In this document: positions 9,910-20,051 of the stretch, in pieces | Numbering within the stretch: position 1 is the stretch's first letter | Layout: every line of letters starts with the position of its first letter | Notes under the pieces: model-generated | The model's input: only the letters and a program-made list of their open reading frames with translations | Database searches by the model: none | What the model was told of the DNA's origin: nothing | NCBI GenBank assembly: GCA_963805085.1 | Contig: CAWDTA010000002.1 | Coordinates: 1,952,001-2,016,000 of the forward strand | Direction: 5' to 3' | Source: an uncultured Veillonellaceae bacterium | Lineage (GTDB): Bacteria > Bacillota > Negativicutes > JARBTT01 | Length of the DNA stretch: 64,000 bases | Position numbers and translations under genes: made by a program

Positions 9910-11066
9910 GCAAGCGTAAAATTTGTGTAGTCACTGGAACCAGAGCAGAATATGGACTAATATATTGGTTATTGCGGGAAATTGGGTCTGATGAGGAATT
10001 GCATTTACAAATCATTGTAACTGGTATGCACCTATCCCCAGACTTTGGACTTACTTACAAAATAATTGAGCAAGATGGATTTCATATTGATGCTAAAGTT
10101 GAGATGCTATTATCCAGCGATACCCCAATAGGAATAACCAAGTCAATTGGCTTAGGCGTGATTGGTTTTGCCGATGCCTTAGATCGATTAAAACCAGATA
10201 TTATGGTGGTACTAGGAGACCGTTATGAAACCTTTGCAGCAGCACAGGCTGCGATGGTTCATAATATTCCTATTGCACATATTCATGGTGGCGAAACAAC
10301 GGAAGGTGTAATTGATGAAGCGATACGCCATTCGATCACGAAAATGGCACAGCTTCATTTTGTAAGTGCTGAACCGTACAGAAAAAGAGTGATTCAATTA
10401 GGTGAACATCCAGACAGAGTTTTTAATTTTGGTGCGCCTGGAATTGATAATATTATAAAATTAAAGTTATTAAATCAAGAAGATTTGGAGTCTAGTATTG
10501 ATTTTACGCTTGGTGATAAGTTCTTTTTAGTTACTTATCATCCCGTTACGATGTCTTTTAATACAGCAAAAACAGCAATGGAAAATTTATTGCAAGCATT
10601 AGATCATTATCCAGAATATAGAATTTTATTTACCAAGCCTAATTCAGATACAGGCGGCCATATTATTAGTAAATTGATAGATGAATATGTTAATAGCCGC
10701 CCTAATAGAGCTTCTGCTTGTACATCATTAGGGCAAGTTCGATATTTAAGTGCGATGAGACTGTGCTCAGCAGTTATCGGTAATTCATCAAGTGGAATTA
10801 TAGAAGCACCTGTTTTTAATAAACCTACAATAAATATTGGTAATAGACAAAAAGGTAGAATCAGAGTAGAAACAATTATAGATTGTGGCGAAAAAGAAAA
10901 TGAAATAGTATCAGGTATTAAAAGAGCATTGTCTGATGGGTTTAGAGAAAAGATAATTAGATTAAAGGCTTTAAAGTACGATGGAAATATTTCAGTAAGA
11001 ATTAAACAGGTTTTAAAAAATACTGAATTACATGATATTTTAGTAAAACAATTTTATGACTTGTAG
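9906..11066 (+). CDS. neuC: Hydrolysing NDP-sugar 2-epimerase (NeuC/LegG)
   Basis: TGTRAEYG, LGDRYE, HIHGGE, GNSSSGIIEAP. Confidence 0.9.
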   Translation: MSKRKICVVTGTRAEYGLIYWLLREIGSDEELHLQIIVTGMHLSPDFGLTYKIIEQDGFHIDAKVEMLLSSDTPIGITKSIGLGVIGFADALDRLKPDIMVVLGDRYETFAAAQAAMVHNIPIAHIHGGETTEGVIDEAIRHSITKMAQLHFVSAEPYRKRVIQLGEHPDRVFNFGAPGIDNIIKLKLLNQEDLESSIDFTLGDKFFLVTYHPVTMSFNTAKTAMENLLQALDHYPEYRILFTKPNSDTGGHIISKLIDEYVNSRPNRASACTSLGQVRYLSAMRLCSAVIGNSSSGIIEAPVFNKPTINIGNRQKGRIRVETIIDCGEKENEIVSGIKRALSDGFREKIIRLKALKYDGNISVRIKQVLKNTELHDILVKQFYDL

Positions 11067-11083
11067 AAAATAGGTGATGTAGT

Positions 11084-12163
11084 TTGCTGAAAAATAATGG
11101 AGTGTATATCATAGCTGAGGCTGGTGTAAACCATAATGGATCATTAACACGAGCAAAAGAAATGATTGTGTTAGCCGCTAAAGCTGGTGCGGATGCAATA
11201 AAGTTTCAGACTTTTAAAGCAGATAATTTAGTAAGTAAAAATGCGCCTAAAGCAGAATATCAGTTGCATACTACAAATTCTGAAGAATCACAATACCAAA
11301 TGCTAAAGAGACTAGAATTAGACTATCAGGCATATCTGGAACTTGTTGATTGTGCAAAAAAAAATAATATAGAATTTTTATCTACACCGTTTGATATGGA
11401 AAGTGTAGATTTATTAATAAATAAATGTAAGGTTGATAAGATTAAAATTTCTTCAGGTGAAATTACGAATGCTCTGTTAATCTTAAAAATCGCTAAAACA
11501 GGAAGACCTGTTATCTTATCGACAGGTATGACCTTATTGGGAGAAATTGAATTAGCATTAGGTGTTCTTGCATTTGGGTATTTAAACATAGAAGGCATTC
11601 CGTCTGTCAATGCTTTTTTATCCGCCTATAGCTCTTTGGAAGGTCAAACTATTTTGAAGAATAAAGTGACATTATTGCATTGTACAACTGAGTACCCAGC
11701 ACCGATTAATGAAGTGAATTTAAAAAGTATAGATACAATAAAAAATGTGTTTCATCTACCAGTGGGATATTCTGACCACACGGAGGGGATTGCTATTTCA
11801 TTGGCGGCAGTCGCACGTGGTGCCGTAGTTATAGAAAAACATTTTACTTTAAATAAAAAATTGCCTGGCCCAGATCATCAAGCTTCTTTAGAGCCAGAAG
11901 AATTGAATGTTATGGTAAAGGGAATTCGCCAAATAGAATTGGCTCTCGGAAATGGTATGAAATTACCAACCGAAACAGAAGTTAAAAATAAATTTGTTGC
12001 TAGAAAAAGTTTAGTTGCGGGGCGAAAAATAAAAAAAGGTGAAATTTTTACTGAAAATAATTTAACAGTAAAAAGACCCGGTGATGGAATATCGCCAAGT
12101 TATTATTGGAATTGGTTGGGGAAAATAGCTCAAAAAGATTATGATCAAGATGAAAAGGTGTAA
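11084..12163 (+). CDS. neuB: Nonulosonic acid synthase (NeuB/LegI)
   Basis: IIAEAGVNHNG, KFQTF, LLHCTTEYPAP, GYSDHT, EKHFTL and a C-terminal AFP-like domain. Confidence 0.92.
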   Translation: MLKNNGVYIIAEAGVNHNGSLTRAKEMIVLAAKAGADAIKFQTFKADNLVSKNAPKAEYQLHTTNSEESQYQMLKRLELDYQAYLELVDCAKKNNIEFLSTPFDMESVDLLINKCKVDKIKISSGEITNALLILKIAKTGRPVILSTGMTLLGEIELALGVLAFGYLNIEGIPSVNAFLSAYSSLEGQTILKNKVTLLHCTTEYPAPINEVNLKSIDTIKNVFHLPVGYSDHTEGIAISLAAVARGAVVIEKHFTLNKKLPGPDHQASLEPEELNVMVKGIRQIELALGNGMKLPTETEVKNKFVARKSLVAGRKIKKGEIFTENNLTVKRPGDGISPSYYWNWLGKIAQKDYDQDEKV

Positions 12164-12165
12164 TT

Positions 12166-12834
12166 ATGATATTTGATAGACCAATTATTGTAATAGGTGC
12201 AGGCGGGCATTCTAAGGTTTTGCTTGATATTCTTTTACAACAAAATGCACGAATAATTGGAATTGTTGAAGATGATTTTAATAAATTTGATAATCAAATA
12301 TTGGGTGTTAAAATCGTTGGTAATGATGATTATATTTTAAATTATGCGCCTAAAAATATTTATTTAGTTAATGCCGTTGGTTCTGCTGGTTCAATGAATT
12401 TGCGAAAGAAAATTTTCTTGAATTTCAAACAAAAAGGATATGAATTCGCTAGAGTTATTCATCCAACAGCAATTATTGGGCAGACAGTAAATATTCAAGA
12501 AGGTGTACAAGTGATGGCTGGTGCGATTATCCAAATAGGTTCAAGTATTGGAATCAATAGTATAGTAAATACAAAAGCTTCAGTGGATCATGATTGTAAG
12601 ATAAAGGAACATGTACATATTTCACCAGGAACCATTATTTGTGGTAATTGTACAGTTGGTAGTTGCACGCATGTTGGAGCAGGTACGACAATTATACAAA
12701 ATATAAATATTGGTGAAGAAGTTTTAATTGGAGCAGGTTCAGTTGTTGTGAAAGATATACCAGCAAAAGTCAAAGCTTTTGGAGTTCCAGCGAAATCCAT
12801 CGGTAGTATGTCAAAGGTAAAAAAAGAGAAATAA
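12166..12834 (+). CDS. NeuD/PglD-type hexapeptide acetyltransferase
   Basis: GAGGH, VDHDC, hexapeptide repeats, GVPAK. Confidence 0.88.
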   Translation: MIFDRPIIVIGAGGHSKVLLDILLQQNARIIGIVEDDFNKFDNQILGVKIVGNDDYILNYAPKNIYLVNAVGSAGSMNLRKKIFLNFKQKGYEFARVIHPTAIIGQTVNIQEGVQVMAGAIIQIGSSIGINSIVNTKASVDHDCKIKEHVHISPGTIICGNCTVGSCTHVGAGTTIIQNINIGEEVLIGAGSVVVKDIPAKVKAFGVPAKSIGSMSKVKKEK

Positions 12835-13084
12835 CGGTAAATCATCAAAAAGCGTTTAAAGCAATGATGACAGAAATAGCGACGTTTTCTAAAGAGCAGA
12901 TTGAGATTAGATGAAGGAATAGGAATATCCTTTATATAGGTTGAATACGATAATCGTGAATAGTTGAAGTAGAAGAATTGTAAGCAGGACATACATGAGG
13001 CTTTAGAGGAAGTTGAATGATGATAGAATTAGGTTGAGGATTTTTAGGAGTAAAAATAGAAATATTTTTTTAATTAAATAAAAG

Positions 13085-13349
13085 TTCGATATAATGATTT
13101 GTATAAAGCATAAAGTGAAAACCTCCTTAGATTTTGTGTAGCAACTTTATTTTAAAGGAAAATTCACGTTATGCTTTTTTTTATGTTGAGAAAACAGCTT
13201 TGCTGATTACTTCAACATTTATTATAGAACCCAATAATGAGTTCTACAGGAAAGGAAAAGAGCTTTTAACTGATTGACTTGAAGCAGTTATATCATGGGT
13301 ATGACCAGCTCGATTAACTATTCAATGAGTTCAATAGTTGAACTTAAAT
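13085..13349 (-). mobile_element. Degenerate IS remnants (IS1182/IS4-like ends)
   Basis: Minus strand tgttgaagtaatc..aaggagg..ATG followed by an early stop, plus a short DDE-like RAGHTHDITA fragment. Sits in a non-coding gap of the cluster. Confidence 0.3.
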
Positions 13350-13362
13350 ATATTATACGAGG

Positions 13363-14409
13363 ATGTGCAAGATGAAAAATTGGGAGATTTGCAAAATTCA
13401 GTATAATAAATCTATTTTAGAGGCTGTAAAAATTATAGATACTGGTGGGGCAAAGATTGCTTTAGTTGTAGATGAAGATGATAAATTACTTGGGACTATT
13501 ACTGATTATGATGTTAGGCAAGCTATCTTAAAATGGCATGATTTAAATCAAAGTGTAAAAAGCATTATGAATAGTACTCCAAAATTGGCACATCATTTTT
13601 GTTCAGATCAAGAGATATTAGCAGAAATGAAATCTCAAAATATAAGGCAAATTCCTATTATTAATGATAATGGGGTTTTAGTTGGTCTTAAATTGTTGAG
13701 TGATTTTTCCGTTGGGGCTATAAGAAGGTCTAATCCAGTAGTTATTATGGCTGGAGGTCTTGGAAGTAGGCTTAGACCGTTAACGGATCATTGCCCAAAA
13801 CCATTACTGAAAATAGGCAATAAGCCGATTTTAGAAATTATATTGGAAAGTTTTATCGAAGCAGATTTCTATAAATTTTATATTTCTGTTAATTATAAAG
13901 CAGAAATGATAAAACAATATTTTGGTAATGGTTTTAAATATGGTGTGGAGATTAATTATTTAGAAGAAAATCAACATCTAGGTACAGCTGGAGCGCTTAG
14001 TCTATTGCCATCTCAAATAAAAGAATCTGTAATTGTTATGAACGGTGATTTATTAACCAAAGTTAGTTTTCATCAATTATTAGATTTTCACACAAACAAT
14101 AAATCTTTAGCCACAATGTGCGTCCGAGAATATACTTATCAAATTCCGTATGGTGTTATTAATTTTGATAATTGGAAAATTACAGAGTTAAAAGAAAAAC
14201 CCGTTTACGCGGCTTTCGTCAATGCTGGCATATATGTATTAGAACCAGAAGTAATAACAGCAATAAAGAAGGAGCAATACTTTGATATGACGGACTTATT
14301 CAGTGAGGTTATGTCGAAAAATGGAAATGCATTAATATTTCCTATTCGTGAATATTGGTTAGATGTAGGGCGAATAGAAGAGTTCGAAAAAGCCCAGTGT
14401 GAATTTTAA
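13363..14409 (+). CDS. CBS-domain sugar-1-phosphate nucleotidyltransferase (PtmE-like)
   Basis: N-terminal CBS pair, MAGGLGSRLRPLT..PKPLL, EYWLDVG. Confidence 0.88.
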   Translation: MCKMKNWEICKIQYNKSILEAVKIIDTGGAKIALVVDEDDKLLGTITDYDVRQAILKWHDLNQSVKSIMNSTPKLAHHFCSDQEILAEMKSQNIRQIPIINDNGVLVGLKLLSDFSVGAIRRSNPVVIMAGGLGSRLRPLTDHCPKPLLKIGNKPILEIILESFIEADFYKFYISVNYKAEMIKQYFGNGFKYGVEINYLEENQHLGTAGALSLLPSQIKESVIVMNGDLLTKVSFHQLLDFHTNNKSLATMCVREYTYQIPYGVINFDNWKITELKEKPVYAAFVNAGIYVLEPEVITAIKKEQYFDMTDLFSEVMSKNGNALIFPIREYWLDVGRIEEFEKAQCEF

Positions 14410-14584
14410 CTGTTTGTTTTATATAGATCATCTAAATAATTATTTAACACCAACCAAGGTCAGAGAAAATTGACCTTAAATTTTTTTGTGCGGAAAAGTG
14501 TTGCCCGAAATACTTGACCATTACAGGGGTAAGTTCTAGCATATTCAGAAAGCTGTATTAAAATTATCCAATATAGGAGATTGG

Positions 14585-14797
14585 TTGGAGCGGATAAAGA
14601 ATAAAGTTTTGCATACATTTATTATAGTTGAATATACATTAAATAATAAACTAGATTACGAAGTTGTAACCAAAGCTTTAAATCAATTGGGTCACCAAGT
14701 TATTATTATAGAGTTGCTTTCATGTCCAATTGATAGTCATGCAAATATAAAGAGTAGATTACCTCTATTGACATTGAAAATATCGAAGAAAAAATGA
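14585..14797 (+). pseudogene. Short hypothetical ORF or gene remnant
   Basis: TTG start with GGAG RBS; no recognisable motif. Confidence 0.25.
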
Positions 14798-14953
14798 CGT
14801 GAAAAATTTTCAATCAATAGAATTTTCAAAAGCGGGTCAAGAGGAGGTAACTTTGGATTTTAGCGAATTTGAAGTAAGAGATATTTATAGGGCTATACAA
14901 TTTTTGAAAAAATAACAGATTTATAAGGGGAAGGTCAAGGAAGGATATTACAT

Positions 14954-15886
14954 ATGTTAGTAAGTACAAAGAAATTTAAAAATGTAATTGTGACCGGTGG
15001 AAGTGGTTTTGTTGGATATTATTTTATAATGGAATTATTAGCACAAGGGGCATATGTATATGCAATTATGAGACCTAATTCTAGACATAAACCACGTTTA
15101 ATTGGGTTAGAAAGTGTGCAAGTTATTGAAAGCGATTTAGAGCAAATTTTAGAATTACCCACAATATTAAAGGAATCTTGTGATATATTTTATCATTTGG
15201 GGTGGGAATGTGCTCAAAGAGATTTTTATTCACAGAATTTAAATATTCAATGGACAATCAATGCTGTAGAAGTTGCTAAAAAAATGGGGTGTAGGCGTTT
15301 TGTTGGCATTGGATCACAGGCTGAATATGGGATATGTTTAGAAAAAATAACTGAAGAAACAAATCCTAAGCCGTTTACTCCATATGGAGCAGCTAAGTTA
15401 GCTGCTTGTCATTTGTCAAAAATTAGAGCTAACGAATTAAAAATAGAGTGGATATGGGGAAGGCTATTTAGTGTGTATGGACCATATGATGGAGCGAATA
15501 CTTTGATTTCGTACTTAATAGAATGCTTAACAAAGGGAGAAAAACCAGAAGTTACAAATGCATCGCATTTATGGGATTATCTTTATGTGACAGATGCAGC
15601 AAAAGCTTTGTGTAAATTAGCTGATACAGAGCATGTAGATGAAATATATAATATTGCCAATGGGGATGTATATCCTTTAAAAAGTTTTATTGAACAAATC
15701 AAGGGCTGGATTGCGCCAGACCAAGAAATTGTATATGGAAAAAATCCACGAATTATTACTCCTTTGAATGTTTCCGTAGAAAAAATCTGGAACCATACTG
15801 GATGGAAAGCTGAAATTTCTTTCAAAGAAGGCATAAAGAATATAAGAGAAAATAATTACAAATTGAATCTTTGGAAAGAAAAATAG
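14954..15886 (+). CDS. NAD-dependent epimerase/reductase (extended SDR)
   Basis: TGGSGFVG, GSQAEYG, YGAAK. Confidence 0.85.
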   Translation: MLVSTKKFKNVIVTGGSGFVGYYFIMELLAQGAYVYAIMRPNSRHKPRLIGLESVQVIESDLEQILELPTILKESCDIFYHLGWECAQRDFYSQNLNIQWTINAVEVAKKMGCRRFVGIGSQAEYGICLEKITEETNPKPFTPYGAAKLAACHLSKIRANELKIEWIWGRLFSVYGPYDGANTLISYLIECLTKGEKPEVTNASHLWDYLYVTDAAKALCKLADTEHVDEIYNIANGDVYPLKSFIEQIKGWIAPDQEIVYGKNPRIITPLNVSVEKIWNHTGWKAEISFKEGIKNIRENNYKLNLWKEK

Positions 15887-15894
15887 GTGAGTAT

Positions 15895-16929
15895 ATGAAA
15901 GCAAATCATGAAAATACAAAATATATTGATTTGAAAAATCAGCGAAAGAAACTTAGTGAAGTCATTCCTTTAAAGATGCCATTTACTTTGTTTGTTGATC
16001 CGACAAATTGGTGTAATTTTAAATGTTCTTTTTGCCCTAGAAATTTTGATGATTTTTCAACATATGCTGGAGAATTTCAACATATGGACATGATTTTATT
16101 TGAAAAAATTATGAAAGATTTAAAAAAATGTGATGGTAGGTTAAAAGTCTTAAGGCTTTTTTATCTAGGAGAACCGTTTTTGTGTCCAGATTTTTTGCGT
16201 ATGTTGCAAATGGCAATTGAATATGATATTGCCGAGCGAATTGAAATTTCAAGTAATGCAAGTCTTTTAAATTTAAAAATAGCGCAAACAATTCTTGATT
16301 TAGCAAAAATATATAGTGGGATAATTTATTTAAGATTTTCTATTTATTCGATTATATCAGAAAAAAATAAAGAAATTACTAAGTCACCAATAACGGTAGA
16401 AAATATTTGTGAAAATGTATCTACATTAAAACAATTACGTGATACACAAAAAGTAACGAATGTAGTTACTTATGCAAAAATGCTCAATACTTTTGATAAT
16501 GAAAATGAAATGTTTATTGACCTATATAAGAATATCGTCGATGAAGTTGAAATAGAACAGCCAATGAATTGGAGTGGCTATGACAATCGAAATCTCTTGA
16601 ACACTTATAATGAAGAACAAATTGCTTCCATAAGAAAAGAGAATTTGCCGAAGGTGTGTGCATACCCGTTTCATACCTTAGCAATACAATCAAACGGTGA
16701 TGTTGTTTGTTGCTGTGTAGATTGGAGTAGAAAAACATGTGTTGGCAATGTAAAAGATGAAAGCTTACTGCAAATTTGGCATGGTGAACGTTTAAAAAAA
16801 TTACGTGTTTTACATTTAGAGGGAAAACGATTTTTGAATGATGCTTGTAAGAATTGCAATAAATTACCTAGTGGCAAGTCATATAAATTAGACAATTTAG
16901 ATGATGTATTACCTGAAGTTTTAGATTAA
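15895..16929 (+). CDS. Radical SAM protein with SPASM/twitch domain
   Basis: CNFKCSFC; C-terminal CAYPF..GDVVCCCVDW..CKNC. Confidence 0.9.
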   Translation: MKANHENTKYIDLKNQRKKLSEVIPLKMPFTLFVDPTNWCNFKCSFCPRNFDDFSTYAGEFQHMDMILFEKIMKDLKKCDGRLKVLRLFYLGEPFLCPDFLRMLQMAIEYDIAERIEISSNASLLNLKIAQTILDLAKIYSGIIYLRFSIYSIISEKNKEITKSPITVENICENVSTLKQLRDTQKVTNVVTYAKMLNTFDNENEMFIDLYKNIVDEVEIEQPMNWSGYDNRNLLNTYNEEQIASIRKENLPKVCAYPFHTLAIQSNGDVVCCCVDWSRKTCVGNVKDESLLQIWHGERLKKLRVLHLEGKRFLNDACKNCNKLPSGKSYKLDNLDDVLPEVLD

Positions 16930-17025
16930 TTTACAAAGGAATTGAATAATTTTTAAAGCTTCAAAAACTGCAAGAAAAGCCAAAGTATACATCAATTTTA
17001 AATAAAATATTAGGAGTATAAAACC

Positions 17026-17712
17026 GTGGAATGTTCATTAGCTAAAAATGAATTAAAAATATATGTTGCAGCACAATTGGAACATTTTTCACCAGATCAA
17101 TATAAATTTAATGGCATAGATGTAGATAAAGCAATGGAATTAGCATTAGAAAGAGTTGAATTTTGTTTTAAACACATTACCGTAGCAGGATATAACAAAA
17201 ATAATATGCCATATTTTTATCATTTACATGCAGATCAATATAGTCAATTTTTATATTATTTATCTAATAGCTTATGGAAACTATCTGAAAATAAAGCTTT
17301 ATGTGATAAATTGATTTATTTGAATCGAGCATTACATAGTATTTGGTTTTCTTACAAAGGGGAGTTGCCTAATATTTTTTTATTAACACATCCTGTAGGC
17401 AGTGTTCTTGGAAATGCAGCTTATTCTGATTTTCTAGTTGTATCTCAAAATGTAACTGTTAATACAAATTTTGATGAAAAAGGCAATAAAGCTCCTATTT
17501 TGGGAAAAGGGTTATTTCTAAGTGCAGGAGCAAAAATTATTGGCAATAAACCGATAGGTGACAGAGTAACTATTGGTATAGATACATGTGTTTTTAAACG
17601 TGAGATTCAATCAGATCATCTTGTATATAAAGATGAAAATGGGAAAATACAAATCAAAGTATGGGAAAGAACAGCAATTGCACAACCTTATTTTAATGTG
17701 AACATATGTTGA
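17026..17712 (+). CDS. Serine acetyltransferase-like left-handed beta-helix acyltransferase
   Basis: HPVGSVLG, QNVTV, PILG..GAKIIG. Confidence 0.65.
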   Translation: MECSLAKNELKIYVAAQLEHFSPDQYKFNGIDVDKAMELALERVEFCFKHITVAGYNKNNMPYFYHLHADQYSQFLYYLSNSLWKLSENKALCDKLIYLNRALHSIWFSYKGELPNIFLLTHPVGSVLGNAAYSDFLVVSQNVTVNTNFDEKGNKAPILGKGLFLSAGAKIIGNKPIGDRVTIGIDTCVFKREIQSDHLVYKDENGKIQIKVWERTAIAQPYFNVNIC

Positions 17713-17761
17713 ATATCATTCTTTAGAAAATAAAGAGTCGTCACTAAATAATATATTTGGA

Positions 17762-18187
17762 TTGGTGAAAAAACAGATGAAAAAGATTATTGTTTATGGA
17801 TCCGGATCACAGTACGGTGTAGGTCCAGAAATACTTAAAGTTAGCAGAGTTATAAATAAGCAAAAAGCAGATGTAATCGCGTATTTTGATGAAGAAGATC
17901 AAGTTGGCATGCAGAAAATTCTTTTTGATGGAGCTAAGATGATTTGTAATATAGAAGAAATAAAAGCTCTGGAGTATGACTATATTGTTATTGCATCTTA
18001 TGAATATGATAGAATTACGAAAATGTTAGAGCAGATTGGCGTTCAAGAGCCTAAGATTGTGCAATTTTTTAATTATCATTTTTATCTTATTGATGAGCTT
18101 TTTTATAAAGATAGGCATATAACTGAGATAGGGATTCGTGAATTGTTTAAGGATGTTGCAGCGGCAAGGATGGCGCTGAAATATTGA
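17762..18187 (+). CDS. Hypothetical protein with a small Rossmann-like domain
   Basis: KKIIVYGSG..YDYIVIAS pattern common in glycosylation loci. Confidence 0.6.
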   Translation: MVKKQMKKIIVYGSGSQYGVGPEILKVSRVINKQKADVIAYFDEEDQVGMQKILFDGAKMICNIEEIKALEYDYIVIASYEYDRITKMLEQIGVQEPKIVQFFNYHFYLIDELFYKDRHITEIGIRELFKDVAAARMALKY

Positions 18188-18203
18188 CACAGGAGGATGT
18201 AGC

Positions 18204-20051
18204 ATGAAGTTTCATATAGAAATTTTAAAAAAGCATCTGGCCAATCCAACAACATGTAACTACCAACGGTGTGAAAGTTCATGTACAGTCATAGAAGATG
18301 AAGAGACAATTAGTTTCGCTAAGCGAGAGCTTATGGAAGAAAGCTATAATAAATATACAGGAATTTACATGATATATAATGAATACACGATTTCTAGCAT
18401 TAGAAATTTACTGGATGTTATAAATAAAAAAGGTGCAATGGTATTTTTTTATTACGATAATATAGAAATGTTTTGCGCCTTTTTAAATATGCCGGAAAAT
18501 TGTTTGGCGTTCAAAGAAGATGATAAATTTTTATTGTTTTTTTCAGAAAAGGATATTGAAACATATTTTAATCAAAAAGATTGCCAGTATCCGCGCATAT
18601 ATTTAGATGTACCAAAGAAGATAGAACAAATAATTGTAAATAAAAAAAACGAAGCCATTCTTTTGTTACGACAGCAAGTGGAGGCATATTATCAACAACA
18701 AGATTTAAAGATTCTAAGAAGTAACCTTAGAGTTCTAATCTGTTCAGATTTGTTTAATATGGGAACAGTCGGCTGTATGGTGAAGAACTATGAAGATGCA
18801 TTTATTTCGGCGGGGATTGAATATAAACTTACAGTAGAGGACTATACGAGATTTCATTATTATGAAGAAATCTATTTTCTAAGGGAGGTCATAGAGTATA
18901 GACCTTCCGTGGTTGTGGGAATGAATGTATCTTATGCCAGTTTTCCATATTACATATCGCCACGTTTGCCGATTATCTCGCAGATTGATTCAGGACAATA
19001 TGCAGCGAATGAAGATTGTTATCGAAATAATGGTCGCTATACTGTATTCTTGCTGCCGTTTGTAACTTTGGAAAATGTACATTCAAAAGAATTTATTCAT
19101 TCAGAAGTTTTTGAAAATAAAGCGATTACAGTACCATTTGTTGCTGACCATGAAGTATATAAACAATATACTCTTAGTGAGAAAGAAAAGAAGCAATATT
19201 GCTCAGAGGTTTGTTTTATAGGAAATTCTACAACTTCAAGAGACGTTTTATATAAAGATATTGTAAACACACATGAGCGATTTTTTATGAAAGGGAGGGA
19301 AACGGAAAAAAAGCAAGAGTATCAAAAATTCATGAAAGAGATAGTTGATGAATGTTTTGAGCTCACTGATGAACAAGGGACTTTTTTAGGCTATAATGGA
19401 TTTTTTGAAAAATATATGCTTGAAAAGTTTTATGAAATAAATTGTTTTTGGGGGAACTTAGAGAAAAATCAATTTTATAAATTTATTGTTACGATGGAGC
19501 TGTATTTATTAGCACCTATTTATCGAATTTGTATAATGGATTGGGTACTTAAGCGTGAGTTTAATACCAAAATATTTGGTATGAGATGGAGCAATGATGA
19601 AAAATATAATAGACTTTGGCAGGGCGAGATACCAAATGGAAAAGAGCTGTCTAAAGTTTATAATGCAAGTAAAATAGTACTTCATTCTAACATAGTTCAT
19701 GGCGTACATAGAAGATTTTTTGAAGCAAGTTTAAGTGGTTGTTTATGCATTTGTCCACGTCCTGAAAAAACAATAAATTTGTCGGGGTTAAACACTTATT
19801 TTAGAGAAGATGAAGAAGTCGTTTATTTTGATAATAAGCAAGAGTTATATAGAAAAATAGAATATTATCTGAAACATGATGACGAGAGAAAAAAAATCGT
19901 TAGTAATTGTCAACGTGTAATCAATGAAAAGAAATTATATGCTAGAGATGTTCTGTCGCAGGCAATATACAAGGCAGTAGGCCAAATTGAAAAGGAAGCT
20001 AGCAGAGAGGAAAATGTTTGTGAAAATACTAATTGTAGTACCAAAGCTTAA
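18204..20051 (+). CDS. CgeB-like glycosyltransferase (Glyco_trans_1_2)
   Basis: C-terminal IFG..W, VYNASKIVL, RFFEASLSG, EVVYF..EL..KIEYYL.H. Confidence 0.75.
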   Translation: MKFHIEILKKHLANPTTCNYQRCESSCTVIEDEETISFAKRELMEESYNKYTGIYMIYNEYTISSIRNLLDVINKKGAMVFFYYDNIEMFCAFLNMPENCLAFKEDDKFLLFFSEKDIETYFNQKDCQYPRIYLDVPKKIEQIIVNKKNEAILLLRQQVEAYYQQQDLKILRSNLRVLICSDLFNMGTVGCMVKNYEDAFISAGIEYKLTVEDYTRFHYYEEIYFLREVIEYRPSVVVGMNVSYASFPYYISPRLPIISQIDSGQYAANEDCYRNNGRYTVFLLPFVTLENVHSKEFIHSEVFENKAITVPFVADHEVYKQYTLSEKEKKQYCSEVCFIGNSTTSRDVLYKDIVNTHERFFMKGRETEKKQEYQKFMKEIVDECFELTDEQGTFLGYNGFFEKYMLEKFYEINCFWGNLEKNQFYKFIVTMELYLLAPIYRICIMDWVLKREFNTKIFGMRWSNDEKYNRLWQGEIPNGKELSKVYNASKIVLHSNIVHGVHRRFFEASLSGCLCICPRPEKTINLSGLNTYFREDEEVVYFDNKQELYRKIEYYLKHDDERKKIVSNCQRVINEKKLYARDVLSQAIYKAVGQIEKEASREENVCENTNCSTKA

